From Euryarchaeota archaeon UBA62 (GTDB taxonomy: Archaea > Thermoplasmatota > Poseidoniia > Poseidoniales > Thalassarchaeaceae), in the NCBI GenBank assembly GCA_002502095.1, contig DAPJ01000028.1, positions 37,387 to 101,386 of the forward strand: a stretch of DNA of 64,000 nt. Direction: 5' to 3'. Positions 36,138 to 45,299 of the stretch are shown here, in pieces. The first letter of the stretch is position 1. Every line of letters begins with the position of its first letter. The position numbers and the translations under genes were made by a program. The notes beneath the pieces are model-generated. The model had not been told where the DNA came from. It did not search any database and worked only from the letters and a program-made list of their open reading frames with translations.

Positions 36138-37862
36138 GTGAGCGAATCCTCTGATTGGTCTGATCTGTCAGTATCTGAACTCAAAGACTCCCTCAGGGAA
36201 AGAGGGATGCCCGTTTCTGGGAGGAAGGAGGAGCTAGTTAGAAGACTGGAAGAAAATTCTATTTTTCAGGCTGAAATTGCTGATATTCCATCTCATAATA
36301 AGGGATTCAGAAGATTATTAGATAGGATTAGAGATTTACCATTTTCCACATTGGTTGTGATTTCGATACTAATTGTTGGCGGGTCTGGAGGAGCTGTTGT
36401 ATATGGTGATGAAATACTAGATTTTATCCAAGGGGATACAGAATATGTACTCCTTGATTTTGATACTGACAAGACCAGAGAATTCGCTCAGACGTTGGTT
36501 GATTTGGGACATCCTGAATGGGAAGGGAGAATGTCTGGAACCGTAGAAGAGGAAAATACGGCTAATGCGATTAAGAGTAATTTTACATCCATGGGGATAC
36601 CATCTACAATGGATGAATTTGATGTTAATATGTTTGAAATTGGAGAAGAGCCGGATTTATCCATATGTGTGCCAGGAGATATCGGGAATATTTTCGGAGG
36701 ACCAACACCCTGCTCAGCCGCTGATGTAAACAGGCAGATAACTCAATTCACCCATAGAGAAGACTATGTGATTCAGGGATACAGCGGATCCGTAGATATT
36801 TTTCATACTGAAAATGCTGATATTGTTGATCTAGGAAATGGTAGCGAAGACTCTGATTGGGCATCAGCTGCTAGTAAAATTGCCATGGTCTGGATAGAGA
36901 CAGGGACTGACGGGAATACTGATTTATTGGAGAGGGCCTTATCCAATGACGTTAATTCGATAATTACCGTAAACTCTCTGACTAATTGTAATGAGCTGGT
37001 GATGGATGATTGTGTCCCTTACTTCAAGGGCATAGATCTGACGAGATTTGATTTCATTCCAGACTCATTTGGATTCATAATGGTCTCCAAGAGCGTAGGT
37101 ACCGCGATATCCGATAGTGTCATCAATGGAGATGGGCGAATCCAGATGAGGATAGATGTGGATAATCAGGCTGTTTCAACCATATACGTCCCATGCGGAA
37201 TTATCGAAGGTAAGACTGATTCAATTATAGTTCTGGGAGCCCATCATGATACAGTATACAATGGACAAGGAGCAGTTGATGATAGTTCAGGAGTGGCGAC
37301 ATTACAGGAAATCGCCAGACAGTTTTCGATTCTTGAATCTAGTCTGGGAGAGCCTGAATATACGATTTACTTCTGTACATGGGGAGGGGAAGAAGAAGGG
37401 CTTTGGGGGTCCAAGGAATGGGTCGATAAGTATCGTAACATGCTCTCAGAAAACTTGCGTTTGACTATCAACCTAGATATGAATCATGTAGACTTGGAAA
37501 GGAATAACGGTCTGACTATCTATGGAAACAGTCCCAAGGATACGAAGATAGTCAGAGGAATCGCGGCGAAGTTTTCTGATGTTCATACTGACTTGTCATC
37601 AAAGTACAGCGTAAATGTGAATGAAATCCCGTCTACGGCTATGCCTTACAACTCGGATCACGCCCCCTTCGTCTATGAGATAGACAATCAACCAGACGAT
37701 GGTATGGAATACGGAAAGGCCCTAGTGTGCTATGGCTCTGGTTCCAGTGAGTACCACACTTATCTGGACACCATGGACCGATTCAATGAGGAAAGCTTGG
37801 CAGTCTCTGGGATAATATTAGGGTCATTCATCAGGTATCTTTCATACGGAGAGAGAGTCTAA
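36138..37862 (+). CDS. Membrane protein: N-terminal SAP/HeH motif + single TM + extracytoplasmic M28-family metallopeptidase
   Basis: The start is GTG. The SAP-like motif is LSVSELKDSLRERGMPVSGRKEELVRRLEE and the TM helix is FSTLVVISILIVGGSGGAVV. The M28 ligand blocks are LGAHHDTV, VDDSSGVATL and WGGEEEGLWGS. Confidence 0.8.
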   Translation: MSESSDWSDLSVSELKDSLRERGMPVSGRKEELVRRLEENSIFQAEIADIPSHNKGFRRLLDRIRDLPFSTLVVISILIVGGSGGAVVYGDEILDFIQGDTEYVLLDFDTDKTREFAQTLVDLGHPEWEGRMSGTVEEENTANAIKSNFTSMGIPSTMDEFDVNMFEIGEEPDLSICVPGDIGNIFGGPTPCSAADVNRQITQFTHREDYVIQGYSGSVDIFHTENADIVDLGNGSEDSDWASAASKIAMVWIETGTDGNTDLLERALSNDVNSIITVNSLTNCNELVMDDCVPYFKGIDLTRFDFIPDSFGFIMVSKSVGTAISDSVINGDGRIQMRIDVDNQAVSTIYVPCGIIEGKTDSIIVLGAHHDTVYNGQGAVDDSSGVATLQEIARQFSILESSLGEPEYTIYFCTWGGEEEGLWGSKEWVDKYRNMLSENLRLTINLDMNHVDLERNNGLTIYGNSPKDTKIVRGIAAKFSDVHTDLSSKYSVNVNEIPSTAMPYNSDHAPFVYEIDNQPDDGMEYGKALVCYGSGSSEYHTYLDTMDRFNEESLAVSGIILGSFIRYLSYGERV

Positions 37863-37991
37863 CAGTATTGAAGGAGATAAAAAATAACAAATGATTACTG
37901 GATATTTTGCCATAATTATTCCGTGTAAGTATCACAATCTCAAATCAAATAAAACGAAACCGATATACGCTATCGATTGTCGGCATAGTTT

Positions 37992-38459
37992 ATGGTCAAA
38001 ATAGGAGAAACCGCCCCTGCCTTCACTTTGAAAACAACTGACAAGAGTGATGTCAGCCTGTCTGATTACAAGGGCGAGAAAGTAATTTTAGCATTCTACC
38101 CTGGTGCCTTTACAGGAGTTTGTGACAAGGAAATGTGTGCCTTTCAGGATAATATCGTGAAGTTGAACGAAGCCGGTACTACGGTTCTTGGAATTAGTGT
38201 CGACTCTCCATGGGCCAACAGTGCGTTTTCACAGAAATATAATCTTGGATTCCCATTACTTTCTGATGTAGATAGAAAGGTCGTAAAAAGCTATGACGCC
38301 TCATTTGTAGGCTTGGGTGGAATTGAGGGATATGTTAGTGCCGACAGGGTCGTCATAGTGATAGATGGAGAGGGAATAGTAAGATATCGCTGGGACGCAG
38401 AGAATCCCGGAGTAGAGCCAGATTATGATTCAGTGGTCAACTTTGCTTCTACTTTGTGA
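37992..38459 (+). CDS. Peroxiredoxin (AhpC/TSA family, Bcp/PrxQ-like)
   Basis: Contains FYPGAFTGVCDKEMC with the peroxidatic Cys context, in a thioredoxin-fold-length protein. Confidence 0.88.
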   Translation: MVKIGETAPAFTLKTTDKSDVSLSDYKGEKVILAFYPGAFTGVCDKEMCAFQDNIVKLNEAGTTVLGISVDSPWANSAFSQKYNLGFPLLSDVDRKVVKSYDASFVGLGGIEGYVSADRVVIVIDGEGIVRYRWDAENPGVEPDYDSVVNFASTL

Positions 38460-38499
38460 GCTGTGTCATTTTACTTCCAGGAAGACGTATAGATAATAG

Positions 38500-40242
38500 T
38501 TACATCATTTCAGGCGATTGAATTCCCAATAGTTCCAATCCGGTTGAAATGACTCTCGCTGTCAAGTCACATAGTGCCAACCTACTTGTCATAATCTCTT
38601 CATTCTCAGCCTTTAGTATTGGACAGGCCTCATAGAATGTCGCAAATGCGGAAGAGGTTGCGTGGATGTGTGTGCAGAGTTTATGAGGTTGCATACTAGA
38701 GATTGATTTATCGAATGATTCTGCAAAATTAACGATGCACCTAGCTAACGTCTCCTCTTCTTCGGTAAATAGCTCTATGGAGGAATCTACCATTGACTTT
38801 CGACTGACGGGGGAAAGAGAAAAAATACGTGATATCCTTGCATGAGAATACTGGAGATATGGAGCCGTATTTCCTTCAAAGGAGAGCATCTTATCCCAGT
38901 CAAAGACGTAATCTTTGGTTCTATCAGTGGAAAGATCAGCATACTTTACGGCACCTATCCCTATCATCTTTGAGATCCTATCCTTATCTTTTCCTGTAAG
39001 TCCGGGATTCTTCTCAGAGATGGCATTATCAGCTCTCTTTATTGATTCCTTCAAGAGATCAACAAGTTTTACCGATTGTCCAGCCCTACTTTTCAGCATC
39101 TGTCCATTAGAATCTAGAACTGATCCGAAGTTTATGTGTTTAGCCGTATGTCTCTCATCCATGAATCCTGCCCTTGAAGCGACTTCGAAAACCATCTCAA
39201 AATGTTGTTTCTGTGGAGTTCCCACAACATAAATTAGTTCGTCACATGAAATCCTTTCAACCCTGTCAATTATACAAGCTAGATCAGAAGTGGAGTAGTT
39301 GAAACCACCATCACCTTTCCTAATGATGACTGGGAAAGGGTCCCCCTCCCTATTCACCCACTTACCTCCCAAATAGACTACGCTAGCACCCTCGCTTTCT
39401 TCTAACATTCCCGATTCATGTAATCTCTCAACGACGGTTGGCAGTAGATGTCTGTAAGCAGATTCTCCCATAATATCCCCATCATCCAGAAGTACCCCTA
39501 GCATATCGTACACTTCATTGAAGTAGCCGGTCGATACATCAACCAAGACTTTCCAGAGTCTAAGTGTATCAGAATCCTCGCCTTGTAATAGAACAACTCT
39601 AGATCTGGCCCTTTCAGCGAACATATCATTCTGATCAAACTTTACTCTGGCCTCTTTGTAAAACTGATCAAAATCTGAGATTCCCTTTCTTGATGTGAAG
39701 CTCTCCTCTCCTAAATCTATAAGATGCTCTATTAGCATGCCAAATGGAGTGCCCCAATCTCCGATATGATTCTCCCTAATCACTTCATGGCCCTTGAAAA
39801 CTAGCATTCGAACTATTGCATCGCCTATTACGGTTGATCTTAGATGTCCGACATGCATCTCTTTAGCCACATTAGGTGCTGAATAATCAACAACAATTTT
39901 TCTAGAAGCATCTTTCTTTATGCCCATCATTTTATCAGCTAATAGTTCCATAGTTTTGTTAGCTAACCATTCAGGATGGGCCTTCAGATTGACAAACCCA
40001 TTCATGGAAGATGTCAGGGCCAGTCCCTGTAAATGAGGAGAGATCGCAGTAGAAATCTGCTCTGAAACCTCAACAGGGGATTTCTTTAGTATTCTGGATA
40101 ATGAATGACAAGGGATTGCAACATCAGCCATAGTCCCAACAGTTGAAGGCCCGATTAGATTAGAGATATCCTCTTCATTGATGCCCAATTCAGTGACAGA
40201 ATCGTAAATCAAAGGAGTGCAGGCTTCTATTAGATCCCTCAT
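38500..40242 (-). CDS. argS: Arginyl-tRNA synthetase
   Basis: Contains the HIGH-type HVGHLRS and the C-terminal anticodon-binding DALR domain. The start is set at ATG 40242 with GAGGTG 4 nt upstream. The ORF track TTG at 40254 is less likely. Confidence 0.93.
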   Translation of the reverse strand: MRDLIEACTPLIYDSVTELGINEEDISNLIGPSTVGTMADVAIPCHSLSRILKKSPVEVSEQISTAISPHLQGLALTSSMNGFVNLKAHPEWLANKTMELLADKMMGIKKDASRKIVVDYSAPNVAKEMHVGHLRSTVIGDAIVRMLVFKGHEVIRENHIGDWGTPFGMLIEHLIDLGEESFTSRKGISDFDQFYKEARVKFDQNDMFAERARSRVVLLQGEDSDTLRLWKVLVDVSTGYFNEVYDMLGVLLDDGDIMGESAYRHLLPTVVERLHESGMLEESEGASVVYLGGKWVNREGDPFPVIIRKGDGGFNYSTSDLACIIDRVERISCDELIYVVGTPQKQHFEMVFEVASRAGFMDERHTAKHINFGSVLDSNGQMLKSRAGQSVKLVDLLKESIKRADNAISEKNPGLTGKDKDRISKMIGIGAVKYADLSTDRTKDYVFDWDKMLSFEGNTAPYLQYSHARISRIFSLSPVSRKSMVDSSIELFTEEEETLARCIVNFAESFDKSISSMQPHKLCTHIHATSSAFATFYEACPILKAENEEIMTSRLALCDLTARVISTGLELLGIQSPEMM

Positions 40243-40250
40243 ATTACACC

Positions 40251-41534
40251 TCAAGAAATTGGGTACCTCAATAGTGCCGCTATACCCCCAAATGCATCGA
40301 ATAAGGTGGCACCCTCTTCCGTATCCATAGAAATCAAGGTCACGGAAGCCGAGGTATGGCCTGCCAACTGAGTCAATTCATCAATCAAATCCATAGATCT
40401 GTCTGAATCCTCAACAACATCTTCTGACGAGCACTTGGAACATACTGGGATTTCTGATCTTCTGCTTTGGGTACCTTCCCATTCAGACTTACACTGCCTA
40501 CAAACCCACATTACTCTCCTTTTCCTAACATTTTCTGACAGTAATAGCCTCTCAACTGCACCTTGGTCGAGAGCACTTCTAATCATCATCTCGCCATATG
40601 TGGCCTTTGGATGGGCTTGCATTACTTCTCTCAAAAATCTATCAACAAGTTTTCTCTCGGTATCTAGTTCTATTTGGTCCATAAGACCACCCGCTCTTTG
40701 AACCAATTCTCTTAGGCCACTTTCATTGGAGTATCCTACATCAAAGAAGGGTTCCCTGATTAATTTCTTAATCTCGTGGTGAAAATAATCATTTTTCACA
40801 ACATAATCTTTGGTTGCTCCCGGACCTCCAATAATTATGCCCTGTAAATTTTCTATCATGGGGAGCCAATATGATGATGCCCTTTCTGCTGATTTCTTGA
40901 AGAATTTGTCTGCCGCCTCTTCGATTAATCTCTCGAATCTCTGTGCAGACTGTCCCCCTCTGCCATGCTTTGAAGGAACTAATGAGGTCACATGCTCTTG
41001 GCAGTGTAATCTCTTTCCACTAGCTAGTCCATACGCTGCCTCTGACCTGTCTATAACGAAAAGGCCATATGCAGTCCTGTCAATTAGCATCTCCTCGAGC
41101 TGACTAATCTCGAATGTAGATCCACATCTGTACCTGTACGAAGTAAAAGCCTCAGGAGGATCATCGATGACTATGGACATTAGTCTAGTTTTATTATTTC
41201 CAACAATAACATGTCCTACGAATAAGGCCATTCCTCTTTCCCCAGGGGTCTTATATCGGTTTAACGTAGCTATTGCTGATTCGATAGCATCGGAAACGTG
41301 CTTCCTAGTCAACTTAGACTTGATATTTGCGGCTTGACCAGCTTCGTTGGAAAGTTGATGTCTAACATCGCTTATCATCCGATCAGGAGGGACAACAACC
41401 GAAACTAGCTCAGTACCCATCCCCTTCATCGTAGACAAGTCCTCTACTGCCTTCTTGAGGCGTAATCTCCTCTGCTGGACTTCAATCTCGTCGGATATGG
41501 CACTACCCCCAGTTAAAGGCCGGAGGGGCAGCAT
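40251..41534 (-). CDS. prf1: Peptide chain release factor aRF1
   Basis: Contains the NIKS motif (QAANIKSK) and the GGQ motif (HGRGGQSAQRF). The C-terminal domain carries CRQC...CSKC. Confidence 0.94.
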   Translation of the reverse strand: MLPLRPLTGGSAISDEIEVQQRRLRLKKAVEDLSTMKGMGTELVSVVVPPDRMISDVRHQLSNEAGQAANIKSKLTRKHVSDAIESAIATLNRYKTPGERGMALFVGHVIVGNNKTRLMSIVIDDPPEAFTSYRYRCGSTFEISQLEEMLIDRTAYGLFVIDRSEAAYGLASGKRLHCQEHVTSLVPSKHGRGGQSAQRFERLIEEAADKFFKKSAERASSYWLPMIENLQGIIIGGPGATKDYVVKNDYFHHEIKKLIREPFFDVGYSNESGLRELVQRAGGLMDQIELDTERKLVDRFLREVMQAHPKATYGEMMIRSALDQGAVERLLLSENVRKRRVMWVCRQCKSEWEGTQSRRSEIPVCSKCSSEDVVEDSDRSMDLIDELTQLAGHTSASVTLISMDTEEGATLFDAFGGIAALLRYPIS

Positions 41535-41595
41535 TTCAACCCTTAGACTCAGCTAGGGCAAAGGAATTGAAAGGGGCGTCCCAGCTCGATAGTCG

Positions 41596-42300
41596 ATGAC
41601 GACCGTGATTGTCGCACTCGGAGGGAGTCTGCTCCGTCCTGAGATTGAAGAAAGACATAGCTGGCTGGAGGGACTAGTATCGGTAATTAGGGACAGGGTC
41701 TCTATGAACGACAGGATTGGTATTGTGGTCGGGGGTGGCGCGCCAGCTAGGGAGGGTATTGAGCTCGCTAGACCGATGATTACAGATGAGTCGCACCTCG
41801 ATAAAATTGGCATAGCGGCAACTAGACTAAATGCCACTATTGTCAGAGAGTCACTATCAGATTCTGGAATTCCAGTTTCTGGTACGATTCCGAAGAGTAT
41901 TGATGAGGCGGTTCTTCTCCTTGAGACTCGTCATGTAGTCGTTATGGGAGGGACCAATCCCGGACATACCACAGATGCAGTCGCGATACGTTTTGCAATA
42001 TCTTCCGGTGCAGATAAGTGCATAATAGCAACCAATGTACCGAAAGTTTTCGATAGTGACCCAAAATCGAATCCAGATGCAATTCCATTTGATTCCTTGA
42101 CCCATGGCCAATTACTGGAGATAATAGGCTCTTCTGAACACACGAAGGCTGGAAATTCGCAGATAGTTGACCCGATTGGAGCTATTGATGCATCTGAGTC
42201 TGGGCTAACCTTGAATATCCTCGATGGAAGAAATGTAGATCTCATCAGACAGGCAATTGTTGGCGGAGATTTTCAAGGAACAGAAGTAAGAGGAGGATAA
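41596..42300 (+). CDS. pyrH: UMP kinase, archaeal type
   Basis: Contains VIVALGGSLLRPE, GIVVGGGAPAR and VVVMGGTNPGHTTDAVA. Confidence 0.88.
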   Translation: MTTVIVALGGSLLRPEIEERHSWLEGLVSVIRDRVSMNDRIGIVVGGGAPAREGIELARPMITDESHLDKIGIAATRLNATIVRESLSDSGIPVSGTIPKSIDEAVLLLETRHVVVMGGTNPGHTTDAVAIRFAISSGADKCIIATNVPKVFDSDPKSNPDAIPFDSLTHGQLLEIIGSSEHTKAGNSQIVDPIGAIDASESGLTLNILDGRNVDLIRQAIVGGDFQGTEVRGG

Positions 42301-42303
42301 AAC

Positions 42304-42621
42304 TTGAGTAGGGCCGATAGAATTGCCAATGCTGGTAGGAGAACAGCAAAGGAAGCGAGAGAAGCGGCTAGTAAAAGAAGGCAATCTGAAAGACGAAAGA
42401 TTACGAATAAGTCCATAGATATCAGACCTCACAGGCACTGTGTTGTGTGTTGGAAGCCTATTTCACTAGAGATAGAGCCTGCGGTTTGTGATAATGAGGA
42501 TTGTATTGATAATAACAAGAAGAGAGAATCTTCCAGAAAGAGGTTGACAATAATGCTATATTTATTTCCAGGGATTGCCATCCTACTGATTTTCTTACAG
42601 TTGATGTCCGGAGGGGCATAG
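42304..42621 (+). CDS. DUF2116-like zinc-ribbon protein with C-terminal TM helix
   Basis: The TTG start has AGGAGG (42291-42296) 7 nt upstream. The protein has HRHCVVCWKPI...VCDNEDC and the hydrophobic tail LYLFPGIAILLIFLQLM. Confidence 0.65.
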   Translation: MSRADRIANAGRRTAKEAREAASKRRQSERRKITNKSIDIRPHRHCVVCWKPISLEIEPAVCDNEDCIDNNKKRESSRKRLTIMLYLFPGIAILLIFLQLMSGGA

Positions 42622-42633
42622 GAGGAGATTCAT

Positions 42634-43218
42634 ATGAACATGGTTAGGATATTGTCGATACTTCCTGGTCTTGTGGGTAGCCTCTGCATACTGATAGTTC
42701 TGGGTAGCCTAGTTGGAATAAATGTGGAGAATTCACGTACAGACGTGCCCATCGTGCCTTGTACGGATGATTCGGTTGGCTGTCCTGTTGGAATGACCGG
42801 TGAAGACTTAGAAGTGCCTCCCGCATTCATGCTACTAGAAATAAGCATGAAGTTGGAATGGGACGAGCCAGACAGAAGCTGGATCGGTGTTGTAGATGCG
42901 AAGTATCAGGAAGATTGTCCTCCAGATTCTAACGGCCTAACATCTTGTACTTCTGATGATTTTGTTTTCATTGCAGGAGGTCCTGATTCACCGGATGGAA
43001 GTCTGGAGTTTGTACTAGAACCTGGCAAATATCGTTTTGTAACCGCTGGAAAGGATGGCTCCACTCTTGATGAACAATTGGTCACTATTGAGCCTGAAAT
43101 ACATCTAGCTGGATTTGTCGAAATACTACTTGCCGCTATTGGATTGGCCCTGCTTCTAGGTGCAAGTGAGATGGCCTTTCCTCTCAGAGAAATGTGGAAG
43201 CGCTTTAGGGAAGCGTGA
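42634..43218 (+). CDS. Hypothetical membrane protein (N- and C-terminal TM helices, Cys-containing ectodomain)
   Basis: The ATG has GGAGG (42621-42625) 8 nt upstream. The TM helices are ILSILPGLVGSLCILIVLGSLV and FVEILLAAIGLALLLGA. Confidence 0.6.
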   Translation: MNMVRILSILPGLVGSLCILIVLGSLVGINVENSRTDVPIVPCTDDSVGCPVGMTGEDLEVPPAFMLLEISMKLEWDEPDRSWIGVVDAKYQEDCPPDSNGLTSCTSDDFVFIAGGPDSPDGSLEFVLEPGKYRFVTAGKDGSTLDEQLVTIEPEIHLAGFVEILLAAIGLALLLGASEMAFPLREMWKRFREA

Positions 43219-43263
43219 ATTTAGCATAGATTGCTTGAATAACCTATTCCTATTCGCAGTGTT

Positions 43264-43380
43264 ATGGCTGACAGGTGTCCGGGGTGTGGTTCGAAAATGG
43301 ATATCGGGGGCCTGCCTATCTCAATTGGTGGCTTCGATATGTATTGCACAACGTGCGGACATATTTGGCACATAAACTAG
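43264..43380 (+). CDS. Unlisted 38-aa zinc-ribbon micro-protein (CxxC-x19-CxxC)
   Basis: Hand translation gives MADRCPGCGSKMDIGGLPISIGGFDMYCTTCGHIWHIN. It fills an otherwise empty 158-nt gap. Its TAG overlaps the convergent Nog1 TAG in a CTAG, the same junction style seen at other convergent pairs here. It is below the 60-aa ORF-track cutoff. Confidence 0.4.
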   Translation: MADRCPGCGSKMDIGGLPISIGGFDMYCTTCGHIWHIN

Positions 43381-44411
43381 GCCATATCGTTTCTAGGCCA
43401 GTCCTCGGGAAGGTTAAGAGGGTCAGATATTTCATCGGCAGCTATCATTTCAACGAGTCTTTCCCTCAGATGTTCCAGTCCTTCTCCAGTAATGGAGCTG
43501 ATGGCAATTTTATCCTCTATTTCTGTAGATTTGTGCAAGTCAGATTTACTATGGACGACTAGAATTGCTCTCTCTGACATCAAGCCGCTTACTTCTTCGA
43601 GGAGATTCATTTGTTCTTCCAAACTAGTTGTTGCTTCTGGCGTTGGGTCTATCAAAAATAATAGTACATCGCCAACATTCTCTAAGGCCGCTATTGCCTG
43701 CATCTCGATATTATTTCTCTCAACCATTGGCCTATCCAGAAGACCGGGTGTGTCGACCATCTGGTATTTTCTTCTACGATGCATAAAATGACCCAGATGC
43801 AATTGCTTAGTTGTGAATGGATAAGCCGCTACCTCGGGCTCTCCACTTGATAGTGAAGTAATCAAGGCTGATTTACCAACATTGGGAGATCCGGCCACCA
43901 CTATGCATGGTTCATTGGAATCTATGGAAGGTAACTTCCTTAGTATATCTCGTGCCTCTCCCAGCCATTCTATTTCAGGAGAAATTTGCTCTATAATAGA
44001 TGAGAATCTACCATATGCAGATCTTCTTGCCTGATGAAATCCGTCAATGTCTCTTAGTCTCAGAATTTTTCTTTGTGTATCGGCGGCTATCGATCTTACT
44101 CTCTCAGCACCCCATTGAATAGCTCCCAGACTCTTTCTGTAATTGTCATTCCCAACCGCGGCATCTACAAGGGCTTGGTCAAATTCTGAAAGTGCATTCA
44201 GACTTGGCCATCTCTCAACATATGCTATGAGTGTGGTATCAATTACTGATGCGGCTGACTGTACCATCTTGTTCATCTGTTTGCGAACTCTATGGTACTT
44301 GTCGGGATCTTCTACGGTATCCGACTGTTTACTGGCCTTTCTGAAAGCCTTATCAAGAATCTCATCTGTTTTTAGAACAGTCGGGATTTTCCTCCATTCG
44401 ATAGATGCCAT
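43377..44411 (-). CDS. Nog1-family GTP-binding protein (archaeal)
   Basis: Contains G1 GSPNVGKS, G2 PFTT and G3 DTPG, with the N-terminal NOG1 helical domain. The start is probably ATG 44411 (MASIEWRKIPTVL). The ORF track extends to a TTG at 44450. Confidence 0.85.
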   Translation of the reverse strand: MASIEWRKIPTVLKTDEILDKAFRKASKQSDTVEDPDKYHRVRKQMNKMVQSAASVIDTTLIAYVERWPSLNALSEFDQALVDAAVGNDNYRKSLGAIQWGAERVRSIAADTQRKILRLRDIDGFHQARRSAYGRFSSIIEQISPEIEWLGEARDILRKLPSIDSNEPCIVVAGSPNVGKSALITSLSSGEPEVAAYPFTTKQLHLGHFMHRRRKYQMVDTPGLLDRPMVERNNIEMQAIAALENVGDVLLFLIDPTPEATTSLEEQMNLLEEVSGLMSERAILVVHSKSDLHKSTEIEDKIAISSITGEGLEHLRERLVEMIAADEISDPLNLPEDWPRNDMA

Positions 44412-44519
44412 GTGTCTTCCTGACTCTACGACCAGCCCATTCCTATTCAAGACAGTAGCCAGAAATTGTATGGATTTTCAAATCATGCACTTTTTCTATA
44501 TGGACCTCGCCGTTAGCTC

Positions 44520-44957
44520 ATGCCTGACATATCCAGTACACTGCCCGATTGGGCGATTAAGATTCATCAAGCCCATGGCTCTCCTAAATTAGATGATATT
44601 CAGGACGTGTTTCATGGACCTCTTTCTAGCCGAAGCGCGGGCCTGAGGAAAGATGATATCATTGAGATAATAATCGATTCAAGGGCAATTTCCTCAGATA
44701 GTGAAAGTATCGCCAGGGGGATGTTAATTGGAACTACCAGGAATGCCGTAGAAATTATGGATGAAAACGGAGTTTTCAGATCTATAGCTCGAGATGTGAT
44801 CGTAGAGGTAAGATTAATCGCGCACATGAGGGTTCCTTATCTGGAAGATAGGGAGATGATGACTTTCGAGAAAGAGGATATGAGGCGTAGATCGAGTATG
44901 CAGGAAAAGGCAGAGCAGATGGCTGATGGCGGAATGGATAGTCACTTGTGGGGATGA
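44520..44957 (+). CDS. Hypothetical protein, no family recognised
   Basis: 145-aa ORF. A TATA-like TCTATAT (44495-44501) lies about 20 nt upstream. It is followed 4 nt later by the PCD gene. Confidence 0.5.
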   Translation: MPDISSTLPDWAIKIHQAHGSPKLDDIQDVFHGPLSSRSAGLRKDDIIEIIIDSRAISSDSESIARGMLIGTTRNAVEIMDENGVFRSIARDVIVEVRLIAHMRVPYLEDREMMTFEKEDMRRRSSMQEKAEQMADGGMDSHLWG

Positions 44958-44961
44958 AAAA

Positions 44962-45291
44962 ATGGGTGGCTTAGAAAATAGAGAATGTGTGCCTTGTAGA
45001 GGAGGAGTCCCTCCTCTGAATGAAGAAGATGCGATGAAGTTGTTGGAGCAAATAGATGAGAATTGGGCGATAATTGATAATCGTCATATCGAGAGGTCTT
45101 GGACCTTCGAAGATTTCATGGGAGCATTAGAATTTGTAAATTCTGCCGGCGCAATATGTGAGAATGAAGATCATCATGCTGACTTTGAGTTTGGCTGGGG
45201 GAGAGTCAAGGTACTAATTTGGACTCACAAGATTAACGGTCTGACCGAGTCAGATTTCATTTTGGCTGCTAAGTTAGACCTTCTGGACTAG
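44962..45291 (+). CDS. Pterin-4a-carbinolamine dehydratase (PCD/DCoH family)
   Basis: Contains CVPCRGG...L..W and the catalytic region EDHHADFEFGWGRVKVLIWTH. The start is set at ATG 44962, after the upstream stop at 44955-44957. Confidence 0.85.
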   Translation: MGGLENRECVPCRGGVPPLNEEDAMKLLEQIDENWAIIDNRHIERSWTFEDFMGALEFVNSAGAICENEDHHADFEFGWGRVKVLIWTHKINGLTESDFILAAKLDLLD

Positions 45292-45299
45292 GAATTTTC

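Noticed and set aside
37893-38006. 37-aa ORF (MITGYFAIIIPCKYH...) in the AT-rich spacer upstream of the peroxiredoxin gene
   Set aside because: It overlaps the peroxiredoxin start in another frame, the GGAG lies too far (14 nt) upstream, and the composition is AT-driven. The spacer is better read as the peroxiredoxin promoter (GATATAC about 30 nt upstream of the ATG).
43160-43562. Two listed plus-strand ORFs (43160-43375, 43275-43562) covering the 43219-43376 gap
   Set aside because: The first starts inside the preceding membrane-protein gene and the second runs antisense into Nog1. Neither has recognisable motifs. The 38-aa CxxC/CxxC ORF in the third frame explains the gap better.
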